Positions 1 to 7,762 of a stretch of 64,000 nucleotides of DNA are shown here, in pieces. The stretch comes from Gemmatimonas sp. (GTDB lineage Bacteria > Gemmatimonadota > Gemmatimonadetes > Gemmatimonadales > Gemmatimonadaceae), in the NCBI GenBank assembly GCA_031414535.1, contig JANNVQ010000029.1, positions 96,001 through 160,000 on the forward strand, written 5' to 3'. The stretch's first letter is position 1, and each line of letters starts with the position of its first letter. The position numbers were made by a program, and so were the translations under genes. The notes below the pieces were generated by a model. The model ran no database searches. It was not told the origin of the DNA and was given only the letters and a program-made list of their open reading frames with translations.

Positions 1-740
1 ACGAGTTCCTGCTTGGGTACGGGCAACCCGAGTTGCCCGAGAATCTTATTGGTCTCTTCTTTGTCGCTCGCAAGTTCCACAGCGATATACGAGGTGCGCC
101 CCGTAATCGTCGCTTGGATGCGCTGCTGGTGCCGTCCGTGTCCGAGCTGGATCAGTGACTGGCTATTGAGACGCATCCATGGGATGCCTCGGTCTTCTGC
201 CGCGTGCACCAAGGACGCCGTGCTCGGCCCCAGCGCGCGACGCTGCGCAAAACGAATGAAACTGTCGCGCTGTGCGGTCCAGTCCCAATCGTCCGGCACG
301 ATGCCCGCGGGTGTGACCTCTGCGGGCAGCAGCGAGGCCACAAGACGTAGCGCCAGTTCTCCCGCTTCAAGACCTTCATCGCGCTGTTCGTACTCGTACA
401 CCACGAAGTACACGCCCTCAGTACCAGCCGTGCGCGTCTTGCCAAAGGTGACGGGGATGCCGGCGATGTTCTGTAGCTCGATGGCCACGTGTTCAATCAC
501 GTGCCCGAGCCAGGTGCCTTCGTCCTCCGTCATGCGGCGCACGAATCCGCCGGGCTCACCGTACGAGCAGCCGTGCTCGCGGAGGCCGGGCAGGGCGGCG
601 AGTAATCCGTCTATGAACGGCGCGCCTAGGCGACTCGTCGGCCACTGTTCCAGCGCGCCAAGATCGAGCGTCAGCCGGATGACGGGAAAGTGCGCGTAGA
701 GCGAGGGGCCGACATAAACCGACCGTTCAAGGATTCGCAT
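1..740 (-). CDS. cphA: Cyanophycin synthetase, 5' part (runs off the window's left edge)
   Basis: Not in the ORF track because it is truncated. The minus strand from ATG at 740 reads MRILERSVYVGPSLYAHFPVIRLTLDLGALEQWPT...EHGCSYGEPGGFVRRMTEDEGTWLGHVIEHVAIELQNIAG..VTFGKTR, the typical CphA1 N-domain. It lies directly downstream of cyanophycinase. Confidence 0.93.
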   Translation of the reverse strand, partial: MRILERSVYVGPSLYAHFPVIRLTLDLGALEQWPTSRLGAPFIDGLLAALPGLREHGCSYGEPGGFVRRMTEDEGTWLGHVIEHVAIELQNIAGIPVTFGKTRTAGTEGVYFVVYEYEQRDEGLEAGELALRLVASLLPAEVTPAGIVPDDWDWTAQRDSFIRFAQRRALGPSTASLVHAAEDRGIPWMRLNSQSLIQLGHGRHQQRIQATITGRTSYIAVELASDKEETNKILGQLGLPVPKQEL

Positions 741-755
741 TGCTTGAACTTGCTG

Positions 756-1598
756 CTAAGACTTGCTGACCGCGAGGTCGCCCGCCGAGGCGATGCGCGT
801 GTGGAGGTTGAACGTGGTCCCTCGCACGAGCACGTGCATCGTCAATCCCAGCATCGCCACGGGGTCGTCCGCGCCTGCCCGGTCCATGGAAGAGAACTTC
901 AGCTTTGAAGAGTCCACGATCGTGAGCGTCCCGCTGCCCTCTACTTCAACCGTTTGGTCGGGCGAGATGAACGCGGCCGTGTCCTCATCAATCCCGAGAC
1001 CGATTAGGAAGGGATTGAAGGCCAAGGCCGTGATCAGCCGTCCCAGCCGCCCGCGTTGCGTGAAGTGCTGATCAATCACCACGCGATTGGTGAGTCCAAG
1101 TCCGGGAGCGAGCGTCACAGAGCCTGCGTGCGGCGTGCGATTGTCATCGCCGAACGCAATCATGTGCTCGCTGAGGAAGCTCGCACCCGCGCTGGTGCCG
1201 GCGACGTGCCCGCCGTTCGCGTTGTGCTCGCGCAGGGCCTTGGCCACGGCGGTGCCACCCAAGGTGGTCGCGAGACGCATCTGGTTGCCGCCGGTGATGA
1301 ACACCCCATCACAGGCCTTGATGGCGGCCACACGACTCGGCTCGTCACCATCGCGGCGCGTATCGAAGTCCATCACTTCAACTTCGGCAGCCCCGAGATC
1401 CTTGAAGATGCTGCGGTAGCGATCGCCCGTGTCGGCCAGCTTCGAGGCCGTGGGAATCACCACGAGCTTGGCATCACGTCCGCCACAGAGCTGAACAAAG
1501 CGATCGAGGATGAGCGGATTGTTCTCCTTCTCCTCGCCACCGCCAATGGGGATGATCCATCCACGCGTCGCGCCGTCCGGCGTTTGGGACGGGCTCAC
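756..1598 (-). CDS. cphB: Cyanophycinase (peptidase S51)
   Basis: Motifs IIPIGGGE, IPTAS, FITGGNQ, AGTSAGA (catalytic Ser), IDQHFTQRGRLGRL and GIDEDT. Confidence 0.95.
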   Translation of the reverse strand: MSPSQTPDGATRGWIIPIGGGEEKENNPLILDRFVQLCGGRDAKLVVIPTASKLADTGDRYRSIFKDLGAAEVEVMDFDTRRDGDEPSRVAAIKACDGVFITGGNQMRLATTLGGTAVAKALREHNANGGHVAGTSAGASFLSEHMIAFGDDNRTPHAGSVTLAPGLGLTNRVVIDQHFTQRGRLGRLITALAFNPFLIGLGIDEDTAAFISPDQTVEVEGSGTLTIVDSSKLKFSSMDRAGADDPVAMLGLTMHVLVRGTTFNLHTRIASAGDLAVSKS

Positions 1599-2776
1599 GA
1601 GCGACTCAGGGAAGTGGCGGACTCAAACTGTCCGCCGACGATGTGCGCGCCGTTGCGCAGGTGCCAGCGACCCATGGCCATCACGTCTTGCACTCCTCCC
1701 TTGTCGTCGAGCACCACGAGGTCCGCGTCGGCACCGAGTACGATCTCACCCTTGCGGGCCAATCGCAGCAGCTGCGCTGTATTACTGGTGAATGCCGGCA
1801 ACGCACGTTCGAGCGGTACGCCCAGCTCTAGCAGGCGCCGCAGCGTAAATGCCAACGCCCCCGGTTGCCCAACATCCATCTGCGTCACGCGGCCGTCCGC
1901 ATCGAAGGTCGGCAGGCAGCCGCCACCATCCGAACTGATGGTCACACGCTCCGCCGGTGCGCCAGCATCAAGAAAGCGCATCAGCGCCGCTTCCGCGCTC
2001 CAGGCATCTTCGCCGTCAGCGACGGGAAACGCGGTGATGTCCACCCACGAGCCCTGTTTCGCGAGCGCGATGGCTTCTTCGAACAGCGCCTTGCGACGGT
2101 TCACATGCGTGGGATTGAACACCCGCGGCGGCAATTCCGAGCCGGCGAGCGCTTCTCGGATGGGCTCGAGTCCCCGCACTCCATCGCCCACGTGTAGATG
2201 CACGAGTCCCGCCTTGCCCGTCATCAAGCCGCCCACGTGCGCCTCGCTCGCGAGCCGCAGCAGTTCATCGCGCGTCGGCTGGCTCGAGCGATGGTCGGAG
2301 ATGGCGGTCTTCACGCCGATGATGCACTCGATGTGCGCGATGTCGCCGCGCACGCTGCCGGTGATGGTGACCGGAGGGATGTGATAGCCTGCCGTCCAAT
2401 TCCACGCCGACAGTCCCTGGGCACGAAGCCCGTAGACCGCCGTCACCAACTCGCGCGGATGCCGCGTGGCGTCGTCGGTGCCGAGCAATCCCACGACGCT
2501 GGTCACGCCGCCGCGTGTGAACTGCGAGAGCGCGAGCGGAGGAACCTTGGACTCTGCGCCCGACTCGCCGCCGCCGCCGGTGATGTGGACGTGCGGATCA
2601 ATCAGTCCCGGGATGACGCGCCGGCCGCCAAGGTCTGTGGTCGTGACGTTGAGACCCGAGGGGAGATCTGGGCGCGCGTTCCCCATCCAGACGATGCGAT
2701 CACCCGCCAGCAGGATGTGCTGGATGCCCCGTTTGGCGGGGGCGTAGATGTTGGCGTTGAGGAGCAAGGAAAGCAT
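1595..2776 (-). CDS. iadA: Isoaspartyl dipeptidase (beta-aspartyl peptidase, amidohydrolase)
   Basis: Motifs PGLIDPHVHITGGGGE, GLLGTD, GVKTAISDHRSS (carbamylated Lys), HLHVGDG, PTHVNR and SSDGGGCLP. Overlaps cphB by 4 nt. Confidence 0.95.
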   Translation of the reverse strand: MLSLLLNANIYAPAKRGIQHILLAGDRIVWMGNARPDLPSGLNVTTTDLGGRRVIPGLIDPHVHITGGGGESGAESKVPPLALSQFTRGGVTSVVGLLGTDDATRHPRELVTAVYGLRAQGLSAWNWTAGYHIPPVTITGSVRGDIAHIECIIGVKTAISDHRSSQPTRDELLRLASEAHVGGLMTGKAGLVHLHVGDGVRGLEPIREALAGSELPPRVFNPTHVNRRKALFEEAIALAKQGSWVDITAFPVADGEDAWSAEAALMRFLDAGAPAERVTISSDGGGCLPTFDADGRVTQMDVGQPGALAFTLRRLLELGVPLERALPAFTSNTAQLLRLARKGEIVLGADADLVVLDDKGGVQDVMAMGRWHLRNGAHIVGGQFESATSLSRS

Positions 2777-2794
2777 TGCAACAAAAGTAACTGG

Positions 2795-2877
2795 AAGAGC
2801 GAGGAGCGAAGAGCGACAACGGAAAAGCGAAGTAGTGAAGAGCGAGGGGAGAAGAACAGAAGGGAGGAAGGGGAAGA
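2795..2877. repeat. Left arm of an ~83-bp inverted repeat made of GAAGAGC-like heptamers
   Basis: AAGAGC GAGGAGC GAAGAGC GACAACG GAAAAGC GAAGTAGT GAAGAGC GAGGGGA GAAGAACA GAAGGGAG GAAGGGG AAGA; aligns by hand to the reverse complement of 3307-3388. Confidence 0.9.
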
Positions 2878-2882
2878 GTGAA

Positions 2883-3245
2883 TTAATGGCCGGTGGCGCG
2901 GCGGATGCATGTCACGCAGATGGCGATCAGCTCGTTGCATTCCGCGGCTAAGGCGCGTACTTCGGCGGGGCGGAAGCCGGCGCTCTCGGCCATTTGGAGC
3001 CAGGCCAGGGACTCGCGCAGTTCCTTTACACAGATCTTGAGCTTGTTCACATAGTCCCGCGTGGAGATTGCCTCCTTCGCCTCCGCGTAATTCGCCGCTG
3101 GAGACGTCGCCGAGCGGGCAAGCTGCCGGAAAATGTTCTCTAACGCGAAGTCTCGCGGCGCCCGCCGAATCAGCGCACAAGTCCGCCCCCCAAACAAGAC
3201 CAGCCGCTCCGCTAAAGGAACCCCTCTACGCCCATTATTGCTCAT
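2883..3245 (-). CDS. Four-helix-bundle protein (23S rRNA IVS protein / TIGR02436-like; Avd-related fold)
   Basis: MSNNGRRGVPLAERLVLFG...IFRQLARSATSPAANYAEAKEAISTRDYVNKLKICVKELRESLAWL matches the family pattern QLxRSxTSxxANxxEA...SxxDFxxKLxIxxKExxExxxWL. Start placed at ATG 3245 because the upstream extension in the track (to 3365) is translated repeat DNA. Confidence 0.9.
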   Translation of the reverse strand: MSNNGRRGVPLAERLVLFGGRTCALIRRAPRDFALENIFRQLARSATSPAANYAEAKEAISTRDYVNKLKICVKELRESLAWLQMAESAGFRPAEVRALAAECNELIAICVTCIRRATGH

Positions 3246-3306
3246 CCATGGAGTGTGCATCAACACGCGTAAATTCCATCGCCGAGCCATCCCCACTCGT
3301 TCCATT

Positions 3307-3388
3307 TCTTCCCCTTCATTCCTTCTTCCCTTCACCCCTCGCTCTTCAATACTTCGCTCTTCCATTTCGCTCTTCGCTCCTCGCTCTT
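3307..3388. repeat. Right arm of the inverted repeat around the four-helix-bundle gene
   Basis: Pyrimidine-rich GCTCTTC-type units. Reverse complement: AAGAGC GAGGAGC GAAGAGC GAAATG GAAGAGC GAAGTATT GAAGAGC GAGGGGT GAAGGGAA GAAGGAAT GAAGGGG AAGA. Confidence 0.9.
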
Positions 3389-3400
3389 TAGCTTTCGGCC

Positions 3401-4075
3401 ATGGTTAGCATCCTAGACATCATCGGCCCCGTCATGGTCGGTCCGTCCTCAAGCCACACGGCCGGCGCTTGCCGCCTCGGCCTGGTCGCACGCGACCTCG
3501 TGGCCGGCACGCCGGAGTCAGCGCTCATCGAGCTCCACGGCTCCTTCGCCCGCACCGGCGAAGGTCACGGCACCGACAAGGCCATCGTCGGCGGCCTCCT
3601 CGGCTTCCGCCCCGACGATGAACGCCTCCGCGATGCACTCGTCATCATGGAGAAGGAAGCGCTCCCTTGGCGCTTCGAGAAAACCACGCTTGGTGACGAG
3701 CCCGAGGTGCACCCCAACACCGTGCGCATCACCGTCACGCGTCAGCATCGTCATCACGTCATGCTCGGTGCCTCCCTCGGCGCCGGTCGCATCAAGGTCT
3801 CGCAGATTGACGGCTATCCGGTGGAAGTGGATGGCTCGCATCACACCATCGTGATGGTCGCCGAGGACGTGAAGGGCAGTGTGGCGCGCATCGCGACAAT
3901 GCTCAGCGAGGGTGGCGTGAACATCGCGACGCTGCGGCTCAGTAGAAAGCATCGCGGCGGTGACGCATTCATGGTGATTGAAGTGGACGAGCGGCCCGAA
4001 GACTCCGTGGGCGCTGCACTCAAGGAGCTGTCGTGGGTGAAGTGGGCGCACCGCATTGATAAGGTTGGTGGCTGA
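3401..4075 (+). CDS. sdaAB: L-serine dehydratase, iron-sulfur-dependent, beta subunit (with ACT domain)
   Basis: Motifs DIIGPVMVGPSSSHTAGA, HGSFARTGEGHGTD and HPNTV; C-terminal ACT domain. Confidence 0.95.
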   Translation: MVSILDIIGPVMVGPSSSHTAGACRLGLVARDLVAGTPESALIELHGSFARTGEGHGTDKAIVGGLLGFRPDDERLRDALVIMEKEALPWRFEKTTLGDEPEVHPNTVRITVTRQHRHHVMLGASLGAGRIKVSQIDGYPVEVDGSHHTIVMVAEDVKGSVARIATMLSEGGVNIATLRLSRKHRGGDAFMVIEVDERPEDSVGAALKELSWVKWAHRIDKVGG

Positions 4076-4953
4076 TGTTCACCTCACTTGCCGACGCCAT
4101 TGCGCAGGCCACTGCGGAGAAGAAGTCGCTCGCGCTCTGCGCACTTGAACTTGAATCGCGCGATCAAGGCCGCAGCGTCGAGGACATTCGAGAGGCACTC
4201 GGCCGCGCACTCGCGGTGATGCGGCACGCCATCGAGCAGGGCCTCACGGGCGACATGCGCTCCGCGTCAGGACTTGTGGGCGGCGATGCGGCCAAGCTCA
4301 AGCACGGCCCCGCGGGTCCGCTCTCGGGCACCGTGTTCCGCGAGGTGTTGATGCGTGCGCTCGCGGTGCAGGAAGTAAACGCGGCCATGGGGGTCATCGT
4401 CGCCGCGCCAACCGCCGGTGGCGCCGGCGTCTTACCCGGCGTTCTGCTTGGCCTCGCGGAGAAGCACAAGCTGACTGATGCTCAGTTGGTGGATGCGCTC
4501 GCGACGGCGGGCCTCATTGGAGCGGTGGTGGCGCACCGCGCCTCACTCAGCGGCGCCGAGGGCGGTTGTCAGGCCGAGACTGGTGCCGCAGCCGGAATGG
4601 CCGCTGGTGCTGCGACGGAAATGTTGGGCGGTACGCCAAAGCAGGTAGGCTTCGCGGTGGCACTGGCTCAGCAGGGCACGCTCGGCCTCGTCTGCGATCC
4701 GCTTGGCGGCTTGGTTGAACTGCCCTGCGTGTTCCGCAACGCGACGGGTGCCGCGATCGCTCTCGCCGCGATTGAGATGGCACTCGCGGGTATCGAATTC
4801 GCCATTCCCGCCGACGAGGTGATTGATACCATGGGCGAGATTGGCCGAGAGATGGACGTGCGCTACCGCGAGACGGCTGGTGGTGGGCTCGCCGCCACGC
4901 CGACGGGGCGCCGCTTGGCGAAGGAACGGCTCACCCAGATCAAGCGCGGCTAG
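4075..4953 (+). CDS. sdaAA: L-serine dehydratase alpha subunit
   Basis: Motifs EVNAAMGVIVAAPTAGGAG, SGAEGGCQAE, LGLVCDPLGGLVELPCVFRN and RETAGGGLA. Confidence 0.95.
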   Translation: MFTSLADAIAQATAEKKSLALCALELESRDQGRSVEDIREALGRALAVMRHAIEQGLTGDMRSASGLVGGDAAKLKHGPAGPLSGTVFREVLMRALAVQEVNAAMGVIVAAPTAGGAGVLPGVLLGLAEKHKLTDAQLVDALATAGLIGAVVAHRASLSGAEGGCQAETGAAAGMAAGAATEMLGGTPKQVGFAVALAQQGTLGLVCDPLGGLVELPCVFRNATGAAIALAAIEMALAGIEFAIPADEVIDTMGEIGREMDVRYRETAGGGLAATPTGRRLAKERLTQIKRG

Positions 4954-4970
4954 GGCGGCCTAGGCCGCCC
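4953..4970. terminator. Perfect 18-bp palindrome at the end of sdaAA (possible terminator or binding site)
   Basis: GGGCGGCCTAGGCCGCCC; no U-tract follows. Confidence 0.4.
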
Positions 4971-5082
4971 GATGTAGCTATGGCGGCGGCCGGAGCATTA
5001 GGTAAACGTTGGCACGTTTCCGGTGTCTAATGCCGGACCCATCTGCCAAAGACTGCCTAGACACCCCCTCAGCGGAGTTGGA

Positions 5083-6405
5083 ATGCTCTTGGTTCGTCGC
5101 GCACCCGTACTGCTCGCTGGCCTCGGAATGCTCGCGCTCCTGTCCTCGAGCGCGGCAGCGCAGGGGAGCATTCGCGGCACCCTTATCGACTCATTGCGAG
5201 CCGGCGGCCCAGTCGCCGAAGCGGAAGTCGTGCTCATCGGCGCAAGCAAGAAGGCGGTCACGGGCCGCGGCGGCCGGTTTGAGTTCAGCGATCTCGCCGA
5301 AGGCGATTACACGGTCGCCTACTGGGCGCCCTGGCTCGACTCGCTCGGCCTCCCAGCCATTCAGCGCCAAGTGTCGGTGCGTGGCAGCCGCTCCCAGTCC
5401 GTGGTGCTCTCCACGCCCTCCAACGCCACTATTCAGCGAGCGGTCTGCGGGGACGTGCTTGGTGAGGGGCAGGGCCTCCTCATTGGTGAGCTTCGCGACG
5501 GCGACGGTGCCCCTGCGGAAGGCACTGGCATCTTCGCTCGATGGACGGAGACGGTCGTAGCCGGTCGGGAAGTGGCACAAGGCACGATGGCCGCTGCAGA
5601 CACCGCCGGTGCCGCGGGCTCCTACGTGCTCTGCGGCGTTCCGGTGGAAAGCGAGTTCACGCTGCGGGCCCTTGGCAACGACGGAGTCTCAAGCGGCGAG
5701 TTGCTGGTGCGCACCAAGTCCGCCATCGAGCGCCGAGACGTCATCGTCGGCGCTCGCGGTGTGACCTCGCAGGTGCTCGGGCGCGTGGTCAATCCCGCCG
5801 GTGCACCGATTGCGGGCGCGGCCGTGCTCATTGTCGGAGATTCGACGCAGTCCGTGCGCAGCGATTCCCTCGGGCGCTTCGTGTTGCCGGCCATGCCTCG
5901 ACGCTCCAGCCAGTTGATCGTGCGTGCCCTTGGGTTCACGCCGCTCCTGCGCCCCCTCGATCCCCTTGACGTTCGGGTGGACCTCGAGGACATCCAACTC
6001 GCCGATGCCCCCCGCGAACTCGCCACCGTTACGGTTACGGGCCAGCCCATGACCGCTGCGCAAGCGCAGTTCGAAACGCGGCGGGAGCGCGGCCTGGGTG
6101 TGTTTGTGGACGAGCAGGCGCTCCAACAACTGGGTGTGGTCAGCGCGCAAACGATTGCCACCACCAACCCGCGAGTCTCCGTGCAGCAAACCCCGCGCGG
6201 CCCCACGCTCCGGATGCGACGCGGATCCGATTTCTGCCGTCCACAATTCTTCATTGACGGCAACAACTTCCGGAACATCGAGATTGACGAGGAGAACACG
6301 TTCCTCCGCGTCGCCAAGCGCGTGGAGATGTACACCGCCAACAACGCCCCGCCGCAGTTCAATGACTTTGCTGGCTGCGGCTCAATCGTCATCTGGACCT
6401 ACTGA
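5083..6405 (+). CDS. Secreted protein with carboxypeptidase-regulatory-like beta-sandwich domains and a C-terminal TonB-plug-like segment
   Basis: Signal peptide (MLLVRRAPVLLAGLGMLALLSSSAAA); GxVxxxxGxPxxGAxV beta-sandwich motifs; C-terminus ..CRPQFFIDG..VEMY..CGSIVIWT. ATG 5083 is preceded by GGAG. Confidence 0.65.
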   Translation: MLLVRRAPVLLAGLGMLALLSSSAAAQGSIRGTLIDSLRAGGPVAEAEVVLIGASKKAVTGRGGRFEFSDLAEGDYTVAYWAPWLDSLGLPAIQRQVSVRGSRSQSVVLSTPSNATIQRAVCGDVLGEGQGLLIGELRDGDGAPAEGTGIFARWTETVVAGREVAQGTMAAADTAGAAGSYVLCGVPVESEFTLRALGNDGVSSGELLVRTKSAIERRDVIVGARGVTSQVLGRVVNPAGAPIAGAAVLIVGDSTQSVRSDSLGRFVLPAMPRRSSQLIVRALGFTPLLRPLDPLDVRVDLEDIQLADAPRELATVTVTGQPMTAAQAQFETRRERGLGVFVDEQALQQLGVVSAQTIATTNPRVSVQQTPRGPTLRMRRGSDFCRPQFFIDGNNFRNIEIDEENTFLRVAKRVEMYTANNAPPQFNDFAGCGSIVIWTY

Positions 6406-6416
6406 CCCCGTAGTTC

Positions 6417-6445
6417 CTTCCGACTTCCCTCTTCCGTCATCCGTC
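6417..6445. repeat. Solo heptamer tract (CTTCCGA CTTCCCT CTTCCGT CATCCGT)
   Basis: Four 7-nt units of the same family as the tracts at 10742, 11923 and 23349. Confidence 0.7.
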
Positions 6446-6516
6446 CCCAAGGTGAAACTTTAGCCCACACCCGTCGCGTATCGGTGTGTGAATGCTCACC
6501 CTTGGGGACCCCATCG

Positions 6517-6918
6517 ATGGTCACGCCTGAACAGATTGACGGCTTCCTTGGCCGACTCGCCAGCGAAGGCGCTAGCTACGAAGAAATCGAGCCTGGCCTG
6601 TGGAAGCTCCATCCGGGCGGTGCCCTCGACCTCACCGTCGTCGTGCACCATTCGCCGCCGGTGGTGGTGCTCCGCGTAAAGGTGATGGAATTGCCCGGCA
6701 ACGGCACCGCCGATCGCCTCTGCCGCCGCTTGCTCGAACTCAATGCCACCGACCTGCTCCACGGCTCCTACGGAATTCAGGGGACGGAAATCGTCCTCAC
6801 CGAGGCGCTTGAGCTCTCCCACTTAGATTACGAGGAGTTCCAGGCCTCGTATGAGAGCATCACGCTGTCGCTCGCGGGCCACCTTCGCGAACTCGCCACT
6901 TTCCGTGAGGCCCGATAA
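6517..6918 (+). CDS. CesT/YbjN-like (type III chaperone fold) protein
   Basis: Acidic protein of ~133 aa with RRLLELNATDLLHGSYGI; immediately upstream of pspA. Confidence 0.7.
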   Translation: MVTPEQIDGFLGRLASEGASYEEIEPGLWKLHPGGALDLTVVVHHSPPVVVLRVKVMELPGNGTADRLCRRLLELNATDLLHGSYGIQGTEIVLTEALELSHLDYEEFQASYESITLSLAGHLRELATFREAR

Positions 6919-6920
6919 CC

Positions 6921-7679
6921 ATGGGCATCTTTGACCGTCTTGCCTCGCTGTTGAAGTCCAACATCAACGACCTGATCTCGAAAGCCGAGGATCCGGAGAA
7001 GATGTTAGATCAGATTGTCGTGGACATGCAGAACCAGCTCGCCCGTGCCAAGCAGCAGGTGGCCGCGGCGATTGCCGACGAGAAGCGCCTCAAGGACCAG
7101 TTCGAGTCCGAGTACAAGCAGTCCCAGGATTGGGAAAACAAGGCGATGCTCGCGGTGAAGGAAGGCCGCGACGATCTCGCCAAGCAGGCCCTGCTGCGTC
7201 AGTCGGAGCACTACGAGCACGCGTCCACGCTCGAGGCCACATGGCAGTCGCACGTCATGGAGACCGAGAAGCTCAAGAACTCGCTCCGCGACCTGAACGA
7301 CAAGATTCAGGAAGCCAAGCGTAAGAAGAATCTCCTCCTCGCCCGCCAGCGCCGTGCGCAGGCCCAGGCGAAGATCTCGGAGACGATGTCGTCCATGAGC
7401 GAGAAGAGCGCCTTTGAGGCCTTCGCGCGCATGGAAGAGAAGATCGGCCAGAACGAGCGCATGATCAAAGCCAGCACGGAGATCGACGAGGAATTCTCGG
7501 GCGATCGCCTCGCCGGCGACTTCAAGCGTCTTGAGAAGCAGGTTGGCTCGGCGAACGCCGATCAGCAGCTCACGGCACTCAAGCAGAAGATGGGGTTGCT
7601 CGGGCCGGGAGCGTCGTCGGCTGCGCCGAAGCGGATTGGCAAGGGCGAGATTGTGGACGCGGAGATAGACGACAAGTAG
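6921..7679 (+). CDS. pspA: PspA/IM30 (Vipp1, ESCRT-III superfamily) protein
   Basis: MGIFDRLASLLKSNINDLISKAEDPEKMLDQ..., GRDDLAKQAL, long coiled coil, AFEAFARMEEKI. Confidence 0.92.
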   Translation: MGIFDRLASLLKSNINDLISKAEDPEKMLDQIVVDMQNQLARAKQQVAAAIADEKRLKDQFESEYKQSQDWENKAMLAVKEGRDDLAKQALLRQSEHYEHASTLEATWQSHVMETEKLKNSLRDLNDKIQEAKRKKNLLLARQRRAQAQAKISETMSSMSEKSAFEAFARMEEKIGQNERMIKASTEIDEEFSGDRLAGDFKRLEKQVGSANADQQLTALKQKMGLLGPGASSAAPKRIGKGEIVDAEIDDK

Positions 7680-7762
7680 AAATCTCAGCGCGAGTTGCGA
7701 TTCGATGCCCGGTGCGCGGCGATGATGCCGCTCCCCGGGCTTCGTATTTGTACCGTGTCCCC

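Noticed and set aside
2883..3245. Diversity-generating retroelement, suggested by the Avd-like fold and the variable kinase C-termini
   Set aside because: No reverse transcriptase in the window, and no template/variable repeat pair differing only at adenines was seen.
2795..3388. Classical IS element with terminal inverted repeats
   Set aside because: The enclosed ORF has no DDE, HUH or recombinase motifs, and no target-site duplication is evident.
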